Source: Candidatus Zhuqueibacterota bacterium | GTDB lineage: Bacteria > Zhuqueibacterota > Zhuqueibacteria > Zhuqueibacterales > Geothermadaptataceae | Direction of reading: 5' to 3' | DNA length: 64,000 nucleotides | Assembly (NCBI GenBank): GCA_015485525.1 | Contig: WFTM01000261.1 | Coordinates: 12,088-76,087 of the forward strand | In this document: one piece after another, positions 9,615 to 18,296 of the stretch | Numbering within the stretch: the stretch's first letter is position 1 | Layout: each line of letters begins with the position of its first letter | The notes under the pieces: generated by a model | The model's database searches: none | Told to the model about the DNA's origin: nothing | Seen by the model: only the letters and a program-made list of their open reading frames with translations | Program-made: the position numbers and the translations under genes

Positions 9615-10013
9615 TTATTTCAGTACAATCCTGTCTGCTAATTTTTTGAATGTCTTCTTACCGATGCCTTTTACAAGCATCAGATCTTCCGGTTTTTTAA
9701 AAGCACCGTTCTGCTCCCGATAGGCAACGATACGCCCGGCCATAACCTTGCCTATACCGGGAAGTCTGGTCAGTTCAGACTCTGGAGCAGCGTTAATGTT
9801 TATTTTTTGTTGCTCTGCTGCCGTTTCCCCGGCGTCAGCCTGGTTCTCTGCTTTTGCCAGACTATCAGAAATTGCAAGAAAACGGGCCAATATACCTGAA
9901 TCCGTTTCTAGCAAAGGCTGCCTGAGCTGCCAATGTTGAACCAGCAGACCCAACAGGAATGTGGACACCAGAAAAATAAGAGCCTTTATCTGTATCCGTG
10001 TAAAGCCCCCCAC
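9615..10013 (-). CDS. comEA: ComEA-family helix-hairpin-helix DNA-binding protein
   Basis: N-terminal TM helix; C-terminal INAAPESELTRLPGIGKVMAGRIVAYREQNGAFKKPEDLMLVKGIGKKTFKKL (tandem HhH); GTG start. Confidence 0.85.
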   Translation of the reverse strand: MGGFTRIQIKALIFLVSTFLLGLLVQHWQLRQPLLETDSGILARFLAISDSLAKAENQADAGETAAEQQKININAAPESELTRLPGIGKVMAGRIVAYREQNGAFKKPEDLMLVKGIGKKTFKKLADRIVLK

Positions 10014-10103
10014 AGCAACACCCCCTGTGGCTCAAGAGTTTAACCTGAAAACTTTACCTTTTCCCGCACTGATTCGCGAGACTCCTACCGGAAAAAACCG
10101 GGA

Positions 10104-11243
10104 TCACGTAAAAACATTCTTAATCTTATCAAAAATTCCTTTACCGGCATGCGGTGGTTTAAGATTCTCGGAGTTCGCCAGTTTTTTCAGCAGCGCCTTT
10201 TCTTCTTTGGTCAGTTTTTTCGGAGTCCACACCATGATGCGCACCAGCTGGTCTCCTTTGCCGTGGCCCTGAAGGTGCGGAATCCCCTTACCACGCATGC
10301 GTAAAATTTTACCTGATTGGGTCCCGGGAGCTATTTCGAGTTCAGCCTTTCCAGTCAGAGTAGGAACTTCAACGGTATCACCCAAAGCGACCTGCACAAA
10401 ACTGAGGGGAAGATCATACAGCACATCATCACCATGGCGCTCAAAATAATCATGCTCCTTTTCGTCGATGATGATGATCACATCTCCGGGACTGCCGCCA
10501 TTTGCACCGATGTTGCCTTCGCCCCGAACCGTAATATAGTTCCCTGAAGCAACGCCCGGCGGAATTTCAATCTCGATGGTTTTTTCACCTTTGGACCGGC
10601 CCTCGCCGTGGCAGTCAGTACATTTCTCCTGAATGACCCGGCCGGAACCGCCGCAGCGACCACAAGCCGAAACATTGATAAACTGGCCGAACAGGGAGCG
10701 GGTAATCCTTTTAATTTCACCCGTGCCTCCACACTCCGGACAGCTCGACGGTGATGTCCCGGCTTTGGCACCAGAACCACCGCAGGTTGAACAGGTAACC
10801 AGGCGCTTGATTTTGATCTTCTTCTTGACGCCCGTGGCGATCTCTTCAAGAGTCAGAGCGAGGCGAATCTGCAGATCAGCTCCCCGAGTTCGCCGGTTGC
10901 CCCGGCCTCCTCCCATCCCGAAGATGTCGCCGAATCCAAACCCTTCTGACATAAATGTCCGCAGCGCATCGCTGAGGTCGAAATCAAAACCCGCGAACGG
11001 ATCCTGTCCGCCACTTCCCTTCACACCGGCGTGGCCATAGGTGTCGTACAGGCGGCGCTTCTGCGCATCTTTCAGAACTTCATAGGCTTCTGCCGCTTCT
11101 TTGAATTTTTCTTCAGCGACTTTATCGCCAGGATTTTTATCCGGGTGATACTCCATCGCCAGCCGGCGATACGCCTTTTTTATCTCATCTTCTGTGGCAT
11201 TTCGCTCGATCCCGAGTACCACGTAGTAGTCTCTTTTGCTCAT
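10104..11243 (-). CDS. dnaJ: Molecular chaperone DnaJ
   Basis: J domain with HPD (AMEYHPDKN), a G/F region, and four CxxCxGxG repeats ([32 protein letters not shown]). Confidence 0.97.
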   Translation of the reverse strand: MSKRDYYVVLGIERNATEDEIKKAYRRLAMEYHPDKNPGDKVAEEKFKEAAEAYEVLKDAQKRRLYDTYGHAGVKGSGGQDPFAGFDFDLSDALRTFMSEGFGFGDIFGMGGGRGNRRTRGADLQIRLALTLEEIATGVKKKIKIKRLVTCSTCGGSGAKAGTSPSSCPECGGTGEIKRITRSLFGQFINVSACGRCGGSGRVIQEKCTDCHGEGRSKGEKTIEIEIPPGVASGNYITVRGEGNIGANGGSPGDVIIIIDEKEHDYFERHGDDVLYDLPLSFVQVALGDTVEVPTLTGKAELEIAPGTQSGKILRMRGKGIPHLQGHGKGDQLVRIMVWTPKKLTKEEKALLKKLANSENLKPPHAGKGIFDKIKNVFT

Positions 11244-11261
11244 TTGTCCTTTGTACCGGGA

Positions 11262-11855
11262 TTACTTGCTGACAACGACCTTAGCCGGTCGGATTATTTT
11301 TTCACCCAGAATATAACCCTTCTGGTGCACATCAAGAACGATATTTTCAGGCGTCCCTTCTTTTTCCATCTGCATCAGGGCTTCATGATACTCCGGATTG
11401 AACTCCTGACCCTGAGCATCCATTTCGTGGACACCTTCGGCCTCGAGCAGCCGTTTCAGGGACTGATAGATCAACTCAACCCCTTGCTTCAACGCCTCGT
11501 AGTTATCATTCGTATTGGCCGCATCGAGAGAGCGCTCAAAATCATCGATAATCGGCAACAGCTTTTTGACAATATCCTCGGTCGCCAGTTTCCAGCTTTC
11601 CGCGGTTTCCTTTTCTTTTCGCTTGCGGTAGTTATCAAACTCCGCTGCTGTCCGCTGTGCCTTGTCTTTCCAAAACTCAACTTCTTTTCTCAGCTTTTCC
11701 AGCTCTTTGTCTTTTTTCTTCCCCTTTGCCCGGCCAGTTGTTTTTGTCTCGGAACCTTCAGATGAACCTGAGGGAGAAGAACCGTTCTCATCATACTTTT
11801 CGTCTATGTCCACATCCGTTTTCTTATCTGTATTTTTCGATTTTTCTGTTTTCAT
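11262..11855 (-). CDS. grpE: Nucleotide exchange factor GrpE
   Basis: Charged N-terminus, then the GrpE core (LLPIIDDFERS..GVELIYQSL..GQEFNPEYHEA). Positioned between hrcA and dnaJ. Confidence 0.93.
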   Translation of the reverse strand: MKTEKSKNTDKKTDVDIDEKYDENGSSPSGSSEGSETKTTGRAKGKKKDKELEKLRKEVEFWKDKAQRTAAEFDNYRKRKEKETAESWKLATEDIVKKLLPIIDDFERSLDAANTNDNYEALKQGVELIYQSLKRLLEAEGVHEMDAQGQEFNPEYHEALMQMEKEGTPENIVLDVHQKGYILGEKIIRPAKVVVSK

Positions 11856-11952
11856 GGTTTTCTCCTGTCCCTGGTTTTGTTCAGACTGATCCAGCGATTA
11901 AACATCATCGAGCTGAAATAGCGTCATCTCCTGCCCTCCGGCAGGTTTACAA

Positions 11953-13002
11953 TCAGTTTGTCTTGCTAAACAGACCGGATAACGCCTCCGCGGTGTAACG
12001 GACAAGTGCAACCATTTTTGCATAATGCATTCGTGTCGGCCCGATCACACCAACCGTACCTGTAACACCACCAATCGTGTAGGTCGCAGTGATCAGACTA
12101 CAATAAGCAGCCAGCTCATCCTTATTTTCTGCCCCGATGACGATTCGCAAATCCCCGCTGTCCCGACCCGTTTTTTCGTCATCATCAAGTATGTGAACGA
12201 GAATTTCTTTATCGTCGATCAGGTTGAGAATTCGTGCCAGTCTGCTTTTATCTTCAAATTCCGGTTGTTCCATGATATTGGCAGCACCGCCGAGATGCAC
12301 ATCAGAAGGAATAGCAAATGAAAACATCGACTCCGAAGAGCGGATCATGCCTTCGATGAACTCGCTATCTCCCTCCGGGCTTCCGCGCAAGCGTTTGTCA
12401 ATGGTCTGTTTGATTTCTTTTAAAGTAAGACCGTGCAGCCGCTCATTGATAAACCGGGCGGTGCGGTCGAGTTCAGCGCGGGACAGCGACTTGTTGAGTT
12501 CAACGGTTATGGACCGCACCAGACCGGAGCAGATGCTCAGCACCACGAGAATACGATTTCCCGTAATCGGAACGAGATCTATTTTCTCGAACACGCCCTG
12601 ATAAAAACGGGGCGCAAGAACGACTCCGAGCTGATTGGAAATCTGCGCCAGCATGGAAGAGGCAGATTCGAGGATATCCTCGACATCGCTGCTGGCCCTG
12701 CTGAGCGCACCGCGAATTTTCCTGCGGGTCGTTTCCGGCAGTTCCGGCCTCGGCATCATCGAATCAACGTAAACGCGGTAGCCTTTATCCGTCGGCATGC
12801 GGCCGGCGGAAATGTGCGGCTGCGCCAGATAGCCGCGTCCCTCCAGCCCCAACATCACATTGCGGATAGTCGCCGAGCTGATTCCATTGCTGAAATGATT
12901 GACTATTTTGCTCGAACCGACTGGCGTCGCGCTGGCAACAAACTCCTCAACCACTGAGGATAACACGACTTTTTCGCGCTTTGTCAGTTCTGTATCAACC
13001 AT
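11953..13002 (-). CDS. hrcA: Heat-inducible transcription repressor HrcA
   Basis: N-terminal winged helix (LTKREKVVLSSVVEEFVASATPVGSSKI); 349 aa; first gene of the hrcA-grpE-dnaJ order. Confidence 0.93.
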   Translation of the reverse strand: MVDTELTKREKVVLSSVVEEFVASATPVGSSKIVNHFSNGISSATIRNVMLGLEGRGYLAQPHISAGRMPTDKGYRVYVDSMMPRPELPETTRRKIRGALSRASSDVEDILESASSMLAQISNQLGVVLAPRFYQGVFEKIDLVPITGNRILVVLSICSGLVRSITVELNKSLSRAELDRTARFINERLHGLTLKEIKQTIDKRLRGSPEGDSEFIEGMIRSSESMFSFAIPSDVHLGGAANIMEQPEFEDKSRLARILNLIDDKEILVHILDDDEKTGRDSGDLRIVIGAENKDELAAYCSLITATYTIGGVTGTVGVIGPTRMHYAKMVALVRYTAEALSGLFSKTN

Positions 13003-13081
13003 TTTTTATAATTTTCTTATGTGAAAAATCGGTCACAACTTTCGGATTTAATGTAAGTTAAAGCCAAACAAATCAAAAAGA

Positions 13082-13110
13082 AAGATAAACAATTCAATTC
13101 CGTGTGTCAA
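13082..13110 (-). promoter_or_regulatory. Sigma70-type promoter for hrcA-grpE-dnaJ (TTGACA-17-TATCTT)
   Basis: The minus strand reads TTGACA (13110..13105), a 17-nt spacer, then TATCTT (13087..13082). It lies about 80 nt upstream of the hrcA ATG and 9 nt after the ftsX stop. Confidence 0.5.
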
Positions 13111-13118
13111 GCAAAAAG

Positions 13119-13973
13119 TCAATAGCGAATCCGCCAGCCAAGGGCGTTAAAACTTCCCAGAAAACCGAATAAAACACCCACCAGAACCAGCACACCGATA
13201 CTGGTTGCAGTGACAGGACTCAACACCGGAATAAAAATCGTCCCCACCTGCACCAAAACAGACAGCACGATACCGGCAAACAGCGCCCCCAGCCCCCCTT
13301 CGATCATCGCCTGTATCAGCAGCGGCCCGACGATAAGACCGCGGGAAGCACCGACGAGTTCCATCGTTTCGATAATATCTCGTTTCGCCTCGATCGTCAG
13401 GCGAATGTTGTTGGAAATCAGTACAAATCCGAGAATGCTCAGGGCAATACCAAATATGATGAAACCAGCTCCAACCAGCCGGTCGTACCGGTTGAGCAAA
13501 TCGATGAGTGTGGCACGGTAAACCACATCTTCCACACCTGGGACGCCTGCAATGGCAGCCACGATCCGGGCTACAGAATCCCGGTTCACGTAGGATGGCT
13601 GCAAAACCACATGGAAACTTGCCGGCAGGGGGTTGTCTTCGATGAGGGCCAAATAGTCATCGCCAAAGGTTTCCCGAACCCGTGCAAGGGCGTCATCTTT
13701 GCTCACGTATTCGATAGAATCGACTCCGGCGAGGTGCAGAATTTTCTCTCCGGTCTTCCTGTGATCTTCCGGTTCGGCGTCGAGCAAAAACGCTTCGAGC
13801 ACGAAGCGCGAGCGTGTCTCCTGCAGATTTTCGCGCAGGCCCTGGCGGATAATATAAAATGCTCCCAGGAGAACCAAACTACAGCATATCGTCAGAATCG
13901 TCAGCAGAGAAGAAATCCCCGAGCGCTTTAACCCGGACAGGCCATCGACGATGGAATAGATAAACAGTCTCAC
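13119..13973 (-). CDS. ftsX: Cell-division ABC transporter permease FtsX
   Basis: 284 aa with four TM segments and a periplasmic loop. It overlaps the ftsE stop by 4 nt. Confidence 0.85.
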   Translation of the reverse strand: MRLFIYSIVDGLSGLKRSGISSLLTILTICCSLVLLGAFYIIRQGLRENLQETRSRFVLEAFLLDAEPEDHRKTGEKILHLAGVDSIEYVSKDDALARVRETFGDDYLALIEDNPLPASFHVVLQPSYVNRDSVARIVAAIAGVPGVEDVVYRATLIDLLNRYDRLVGAGFIIFGIALSILGFVLISNNIRLTIEAKRDIIETMELVGASRGLIVGPLLIQAMIEGGLGALFAGIVLSVLVQVGTIFIPVLSPVTATSIGVLVLVGVLFGFLGSFNALGWRIRY

Positions 13974-14626
13974 TCTCTGATCACTCCAGCATCGATTTTC
14001 AGAACACGGAAGCCTGTTTGCTCGACAAGGTGATAATTATGCGTTGCCATGAGCACGGCTGTACCGCCGATATTAATTTTAACGAGAAGTTCCATAATGT
14101 CCTTCGCTGTTTCCGGGTCCAGGTTGCCTGTCGGCTCATCCGCCAGAACAACAAGCGGCTCGTTGACGATCGCCCGGGCAATGGCTACGCGCTGCTGCTC
14201 GCCCCCGGAAAGATTTTGCGGCATCTGATAGCGCTTGTGGCTGATACCAACATCGGCGAGCACCCGCAAAACTCTTTTTTTGATGTAGGCTCCTGACTTG
14301 CCGATAACACGCAGGGAAAAGGCAACATTCTCATACACATTGCGGTCCTGCAACAGCCGAAAATCCTGAAATACCATGCCGATCTGCCGGCGCAACAACG
14401 GAACCTGTCCCGGTCGAATGCTCGAAGAGATATACTCCCCCACCTCAACCGTGCCGCTGCTGGGCCGTTCTGACATGATGATCAGCTTGAGTATCGTGCT
14501 CTTACCAGCACCACTGGGCCCGACGAGAAAGACAAACTCACCACGGCCAACGCTGAAATCAGCGAGCTGGATTCCCTCACCATTCGGATAACTCTGGCGG
14601 ACATTATTAAAGCGAATTATTTTCAT
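13970..14626 (-). CDS. ftsE: Cell-division ABC transporter ATPase FtsE
   Basis: Walker [10 protein letters not shown], signature [14 protein letters not shown], Walker B VLADEPTG. The start is taken at the ATG at 14626 (MKIIRFNNV); the track ORF is extended upstream. Confidence 0.9.
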   Translation of the reverse strand: MKIIRFNNVRQSYPNGEGIQLADFSVGRGEFVFLVGPSGAGKSTILKLIIMSERPSSGTVEVGEYISSSIRPGQVPLLRRQIGMVFQDFRLLQDRNVYENVAFSLRVIGKSGAYIKKRVLRVLADVGISHKRYQMPQNLSGGEQQRVAIARAIVNEPLVVLADEPTGNLDPETAKDIMELLVKINIGGTAVLMATHNYHLVEQTGFRVLKIDAGVIRE

Positions 14627-15350
14627 TTTTCTCTGCGATAAAGTGCACCCGGTTCGAACGCTCGGTTCCGGGTCGCCGGCTGAAGCCATCGTAAACTCCG
14701 ACAAGGCCAAGGCCGGTGCCTGACTGGAGTATTTTTTTCAAAGTCTGCAGACGGTATATTTTCTGGTGGTGTTCTTCCTCGAACCGCTCATCCGGGTTCT
14801 CGCTCTGGCAGACGATGAACGAATTGGTCTGCACACTGGTTGCGTAGTCGAAATATGCTTTGCGAATGTAATCAAGGCCGTTTGTTGTGTCGCGTTCATA
14901 GAATTCATAAAAATGGTAACGACAATTTCGCCTCGTCACGACATCAAAAATGAAAAGCCCGCCCGGCCGCAGTGCTGCGGCAACATTCCGGAATGTTGCC
15001 GCCAACTCCACTTCATCCAGACAGTAATTGATACTATCATACAGGCACAGAACAACATCAACCTGCTCCCGCAGGCAGAAATTACGCATATCGCCGGCAA
15101 AAAGCAGAGCTTCGTGGTCAAAACTCTCCAGCCTGTCTCTGGCGATTTCCAGCATGCGTGCTGACTTATCCATCCCGAATGCCTGCCAGCCTGCGCGTGA
15201 CAGCTTTTCGAGCATGATCCCGGTGCCGCAGGCTATTTCCAGCAGGCGCCCGCCGTGCGGAAAATGAGCACTCAAAATCCGATCGAGATAGTCAAACCAC
15301 CGCTGGTAATCGACATGGCGCATGAGGTAATCATACAGCCCGGCGATCAT
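14607..15350 (-). CDS. Class I SAM-dependent methyltransferase
   Basis: LLEIACGTGIMLEKL (motif I) and VVLCLYDSINY. The start is taken at the ATG at 15350, 1 nt after the pdxA stop. Confidence 0.8.
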   Translation of the reverse strand: MIAGLYDYLMRHVDYQRWFDYLDRILSAHFPHGGRLLEIACGTGIMLEKLSRAGWQAFGMDKSARMLEIARDRLESFDHEALLFAGDMRNFCLREQVDVVLCLYDSINYCLDEVELAATFRNVAAALRPGGLFIFDVVTRRNCRYHFYEFYERDTTNGLDYIRKAYFDYATSVQTNSFIVCQSENPDERFEEEHHQKIYRLQTLKKILQSGTGLGLVGVYDGFSRRPGTERSNRVHFIAEKNENNSL

Positions 15351-15351
15351 C

Positions 15352-16389
15352 TCATATTCCGGAACCCTGCTCACTGCTATCGATCCGCTCCAATGCAAAG
15401 TTTATCGCTTCCACAAAACTCGCCGGGCTTGCTTTTCCCTGGCCAGCAATATCATACGCTGTACCGTGATCCGGCGAGGTGCGAATAAAGGGCAGCCCGC
15501 AGGTATAATTCACCCCTCTGCCCTGGGCGCGCATTTTCAGGGGGATCAACCCCTGGTCATGGTACATGGCGACATAGACATCATAAGCTTCTCTGTCCTG
15601 CATGCGTGCAAAAAGCGCATCTGCCGCAAACGGGCCGGAGACGTCTATTCCCCGACTTTTCGCTTCTTCGATGGCCGGTGCAATGATACGCTGCTCCTCA
15701 TCTCCGAACGCGCCACCCTCACCGGCGTGCGGATTCAGGGCTGTCACCGCAATTCTTGGCCGTTTGATTGCGAAACGCCGCCTGAGTTCATCGTGCAGAA
15801 TCGCGAGCACGGAAACGATTTTTTTCGCAGATAACGACGCTGGGACATCATGCAGCGCCATGTGCGTAGTGATGAGCGCAATGCGGAAGGTACCGGCGGC
15901 CAGCATCATCACAGGTGTCGTAACACCCGCGAGCGATGCGAGAAATTCAGTATGTCCCGGGTAATCAAACCCGGCGGCATGAAGTGCCTGTTTGGAAATT
16001 GGCGCGGTGACGATGGCATCCACCGCCCCGGAAGCGACCAACTCGTGCGCTTTTATGATCGCCTGCCCTGCAACCCGTCCCGACTCCGGCGACGGTATGC
16101 CCGGAGCGATATGAGCCTCCCCGGCCAAATCCGGTTCGACAAGAGAAACCCCGGTTGTCGTTTCACCGCGGTCCAGCACGCTCCGCTCAACCGCCGGACT
16201 GAGAAGGTGCAGACGCTGGTTCCAGAATCGAACGACCTCCGGCGGCGAAATCACGATCAGATCTGCCGGCGGCCTGTTTTCAGCAAACAGTCCAATGGTT
16301 CTGAGAATGATTTCCGGCCCAATACCGTTGATGTCTCCGATCGTGACCGCGATGCGCGGGCGCCTGCTGTCGCCGCGTTTCATGCTCAT
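15352..16389 (-). CDS. pdxA: 4-hydroxythreonine-4-phosphate dehydrogenase
   Basis: PRIAVTIGDINGIGPEI N-terminus, GHTEFLA and LNPHAGE motifs; ATGA overlap with the upstream gene. Confidence 0.92.
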   Translation of the reverse strand: MSMKRGDSRRPRIAVTIGDINGIGPEIILRTIGLFAENRPPADLIVISPPEVVRFWNQRLHLLSPAVERSVLDRGETTTGVSLVEPDLAGEAHIAPGIPSPESGRVAGQAIIKAHELVASGAVDAIVTAPISKQALHAAGFDYPGHTEFLASLAGVTTPVMMLAAGTFRIALITTHMALHDVPASLSAKKIVSVLAILHDELRRRFAIKRPRIAVTALNPHAGEGGAFGDEEQRIIAPAIEEAKSRGIDVSGPFAADALFARMQDREAYDVYVAMYHDQGLIPLKMRAQGRGVNYTCGLPFIRTSPDHGTAYDIAGQGKASPASFVEAINFALERIDSSEQGSGI

Positions 16390-16787
16390 GCACCCTGATC
16401 CTGAAAATGCAGCCAGACTTTTCGGCGCCGCGGTCCGTCAAACTCGCACAGATAGATCGTCTGCCAGGTCCCGAGCTGAAGCCGGCCATCCCGGACCAGA
16501 ATCGTCGTGCTGGTGCCGACCATCGCGGTTTTGATGTGCGCCGTACTGTTGCCCTCGAAATGCCTGTAGGGCAAATCATCCGGCACGATCCGGCCAAAGG
16601 CCATCAGCATGTCGCGCACAACATCCGGGTCTGCTCCCTCGTTGATCGTCACACCGGCAGTGGTATGCGGAACATACACCGTGCACAGGCCATCGCGCAG
16701 ACCCGCCGCGTCGATAGCGGTCTGGATGTGCTCAGTAATCGGAACAAACGCCTCGCGTTCCGGTGTTTCGACGAAAAATTCTTTCAT
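16386..16787 (-). CDS. yjbQ: YjbQ-family (UPF0047) protein
   Basis: 133 aa with GLCTVYVPHTTAGVTINEGADPDV and GNSTAHIK, then LQLGTWQ, typical of the YjbQ family. Confidence 0.85.
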   Translation of the reverse strand: MKEFFVETPEREAFVPITEHIQTAIDAAGLRDGLCTVYVPHTTAGVTINEGADPDVVRDMLMAFGRIVPDDLPYRHFEGNSTAHIKTAMVGTSTTILVRDGRLQLGTWQTIYLCEFDGPRRRKVWLHFQDQGA

Positions 16788-17000
16788 GGTATGGTGCCAC
16801 TCTGTCCTGATTCATTCACGAAAAAACATCTTTCGTTTTTCAATTACCGCTCAAAACTTCTTTTATTTGACAACCTTTTTGTCCGTCGCTTCGCCGTGAT
16901 TTATCCACAAATTGCGCGCAGCACCCAAAGGCACTCAGTTGCCGGTGTATAAATGCCGTTATTGCGCCGCAGCTCGTGGGATTTATGGCTCTTTCAGGCT

Positions 17001-18296
17001 CTATGTTTTCCGCTTCTTCTTTTTGGCTGCCGGGAAAAGAATATTGTTGAGAATCAATCTATAGCCGGGAGAATTTTTATGCAATGATAATTGCGTTGGC
17101 GGATCATGCACGAGATGCTGATAGTCTTCGGGATCGTGGCCGCCGTAAAACGTGAAAGTGCCTCTGCCGACGTTGGCGTGGATATATTTGACTTCCTCTG
17201 TTCCTTCCGCCTCGGCGAGGATGGTTACGGACTTTTTGATGAGGGATTTTTTAAACGCTGTTGTCTGCCCCATGAATCCCTTGACCACTGACACGTGATT
17301 TTGAGTCAGCATCGTCGGAACCGGATCATATTTGGCGGAGAACTCGAAGAGATTAAAATAATCCGCCAGTGCGTTGCGCACACGCGGATTCATGGTCGAG
17401 GGAATATCGATATCGGAGTACTCATAAACCATCGGATTGCTGATCAGACGAAAATTTTCAAACATCACGGTTTTGGAAAAATCCAGTTTTTTCTGAGCAT
17501 CCGGGTCCGCGGCATCACCATCATAAACAGCCGCGACGATATCTGTGTTTTCGGCTGCCAGCGCTATATCGAAGCTGTCCGTGGCCGAACACATGGCAAA
17601 AACAAAGCCTCCGGAGACCGCGAACTTTTTTATCGCACGCGCCACGGCTTTTTTCAGCTCGCTCACTTTTCGAAATCCGAGTTTGCGCGCCAGGTTTTCG
17701 TTGATCGCAACCTGCTCTTTGTACCAGGGGGCGTTATGGTAAGTCGCATAGAACTTACCGTACTGGCCGGTAAAATCCTCATGATGCAGGTGCAGCCAAT
17801 CATAGTTTTCGAGCTCTCCACCAACGACCTCTTCGTCCCAGACAGTCTCATAGGGCACTTCCGCATACGTCAGCGCCAGCGTGACCGCATCATCCCAGAC
17901 CTGTTTGTTGCGCGGCGTATATACTGCTATCTTCGGCGGTGTCTCCAGCATGATACGGTCCATATTATTGGCTTCGATCTCTGCCTGAATCTGCGCGACT
18001 TCGCCAGGAGTGACCGGAGCATAAGCCACACCACGCACGCGCAATTCGCGCTCAATTTCAGGATAGCTGTCGATCAAAAATGAACCGCCGCGGTAGTTCA
18101 AAAGCCACTCGACCGGCACGCCGCGTTCAAGCGTCCAGTACGCTATACCGTACGCTTTCAAATGGTCTGTCTGGCGCAGATCCATATAGACCAGCAGCTT
18201 CTGCCCCAAAAGAACAGGCGCCGAAAGAAATAAAGCGATCATCAGCAACAGCACGGAACCGGTACGGGGACGAATGGTATTCTTCTCGCAGGTCAT
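17001..18296 (-). CDS. Secreted protein of unknown function (possible class-I-glutamine-amidotransferase-like fold)
   Basis: Signal peptide (VLLLMIALFLSAPVLLGQ); 431 aa; AIKKFAVSGGFVFAMCSATDSF strand-elbow motif; ATGA overlap with the upstream TPR gene. Confidence 0.55.
   Translation of the reverse strand: MTCEKNTIRPRTGSVLLLMIALFLSAPVLLGQKLLVYMDLRQTDHLKAYGIAYWTLERGVPVEWLLNYRGGSFLIDSYPEIERELRVRGVAYAPVTPGEVAQIQAEIEANNMDRIMLETPPKIAVYTPRNKQVWDDAVTLALTYAEVPYETVWDEEVVGGELENYDWLHLHHEDFTGQYGKFYATYHNAPWYKEQVAINENLARKLGFRKVSELKKAVARAIKKFAVSGGFVFAMCSATDSFDIALAAENTDIVAAVYDGDAADPDAQKKLDFSKTVMFENFRLISNPMVYEYSDIDIPSTMNPRVRNALADYFNLFEFSAKYDPVPTMLTQNHVSVVKGFMGQTTAFKKSLIKKSVTILAEAEGTEEVKYIHANVGRGTFTFYGGHDPEDYQHLVHDPPTQLSLHKNSPGYRLILNNILFPAAKKKKRKT

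Noticed and set aside
14651-14658. GGTTCGAA (tRNA T-arm-like) string
   Set aside because: It lies inside the overlapping ftsE/methyltransferase coding region, and there is no acceptor, D-arm or anticodon-arm context.
15265-15273. TGAGCACTC, a one-mismatch CIRCE half-site
   Set aside because: It is inside the methyltransferase CDS, and the sequence 9 nt downstream (TCGAGATAG) does not form the complementary arm.
16901-16909. Isolated perfect DnaA box TTATCCACA in the yjbQ-pdxA upstream region
   Set aside because: A single 9-mer is expected about 0.5 times by chance on two strands of 64 kb. There is no neighbouring box or AT-rich element, so it is not evidence for a second origin or for DnaA regulation.
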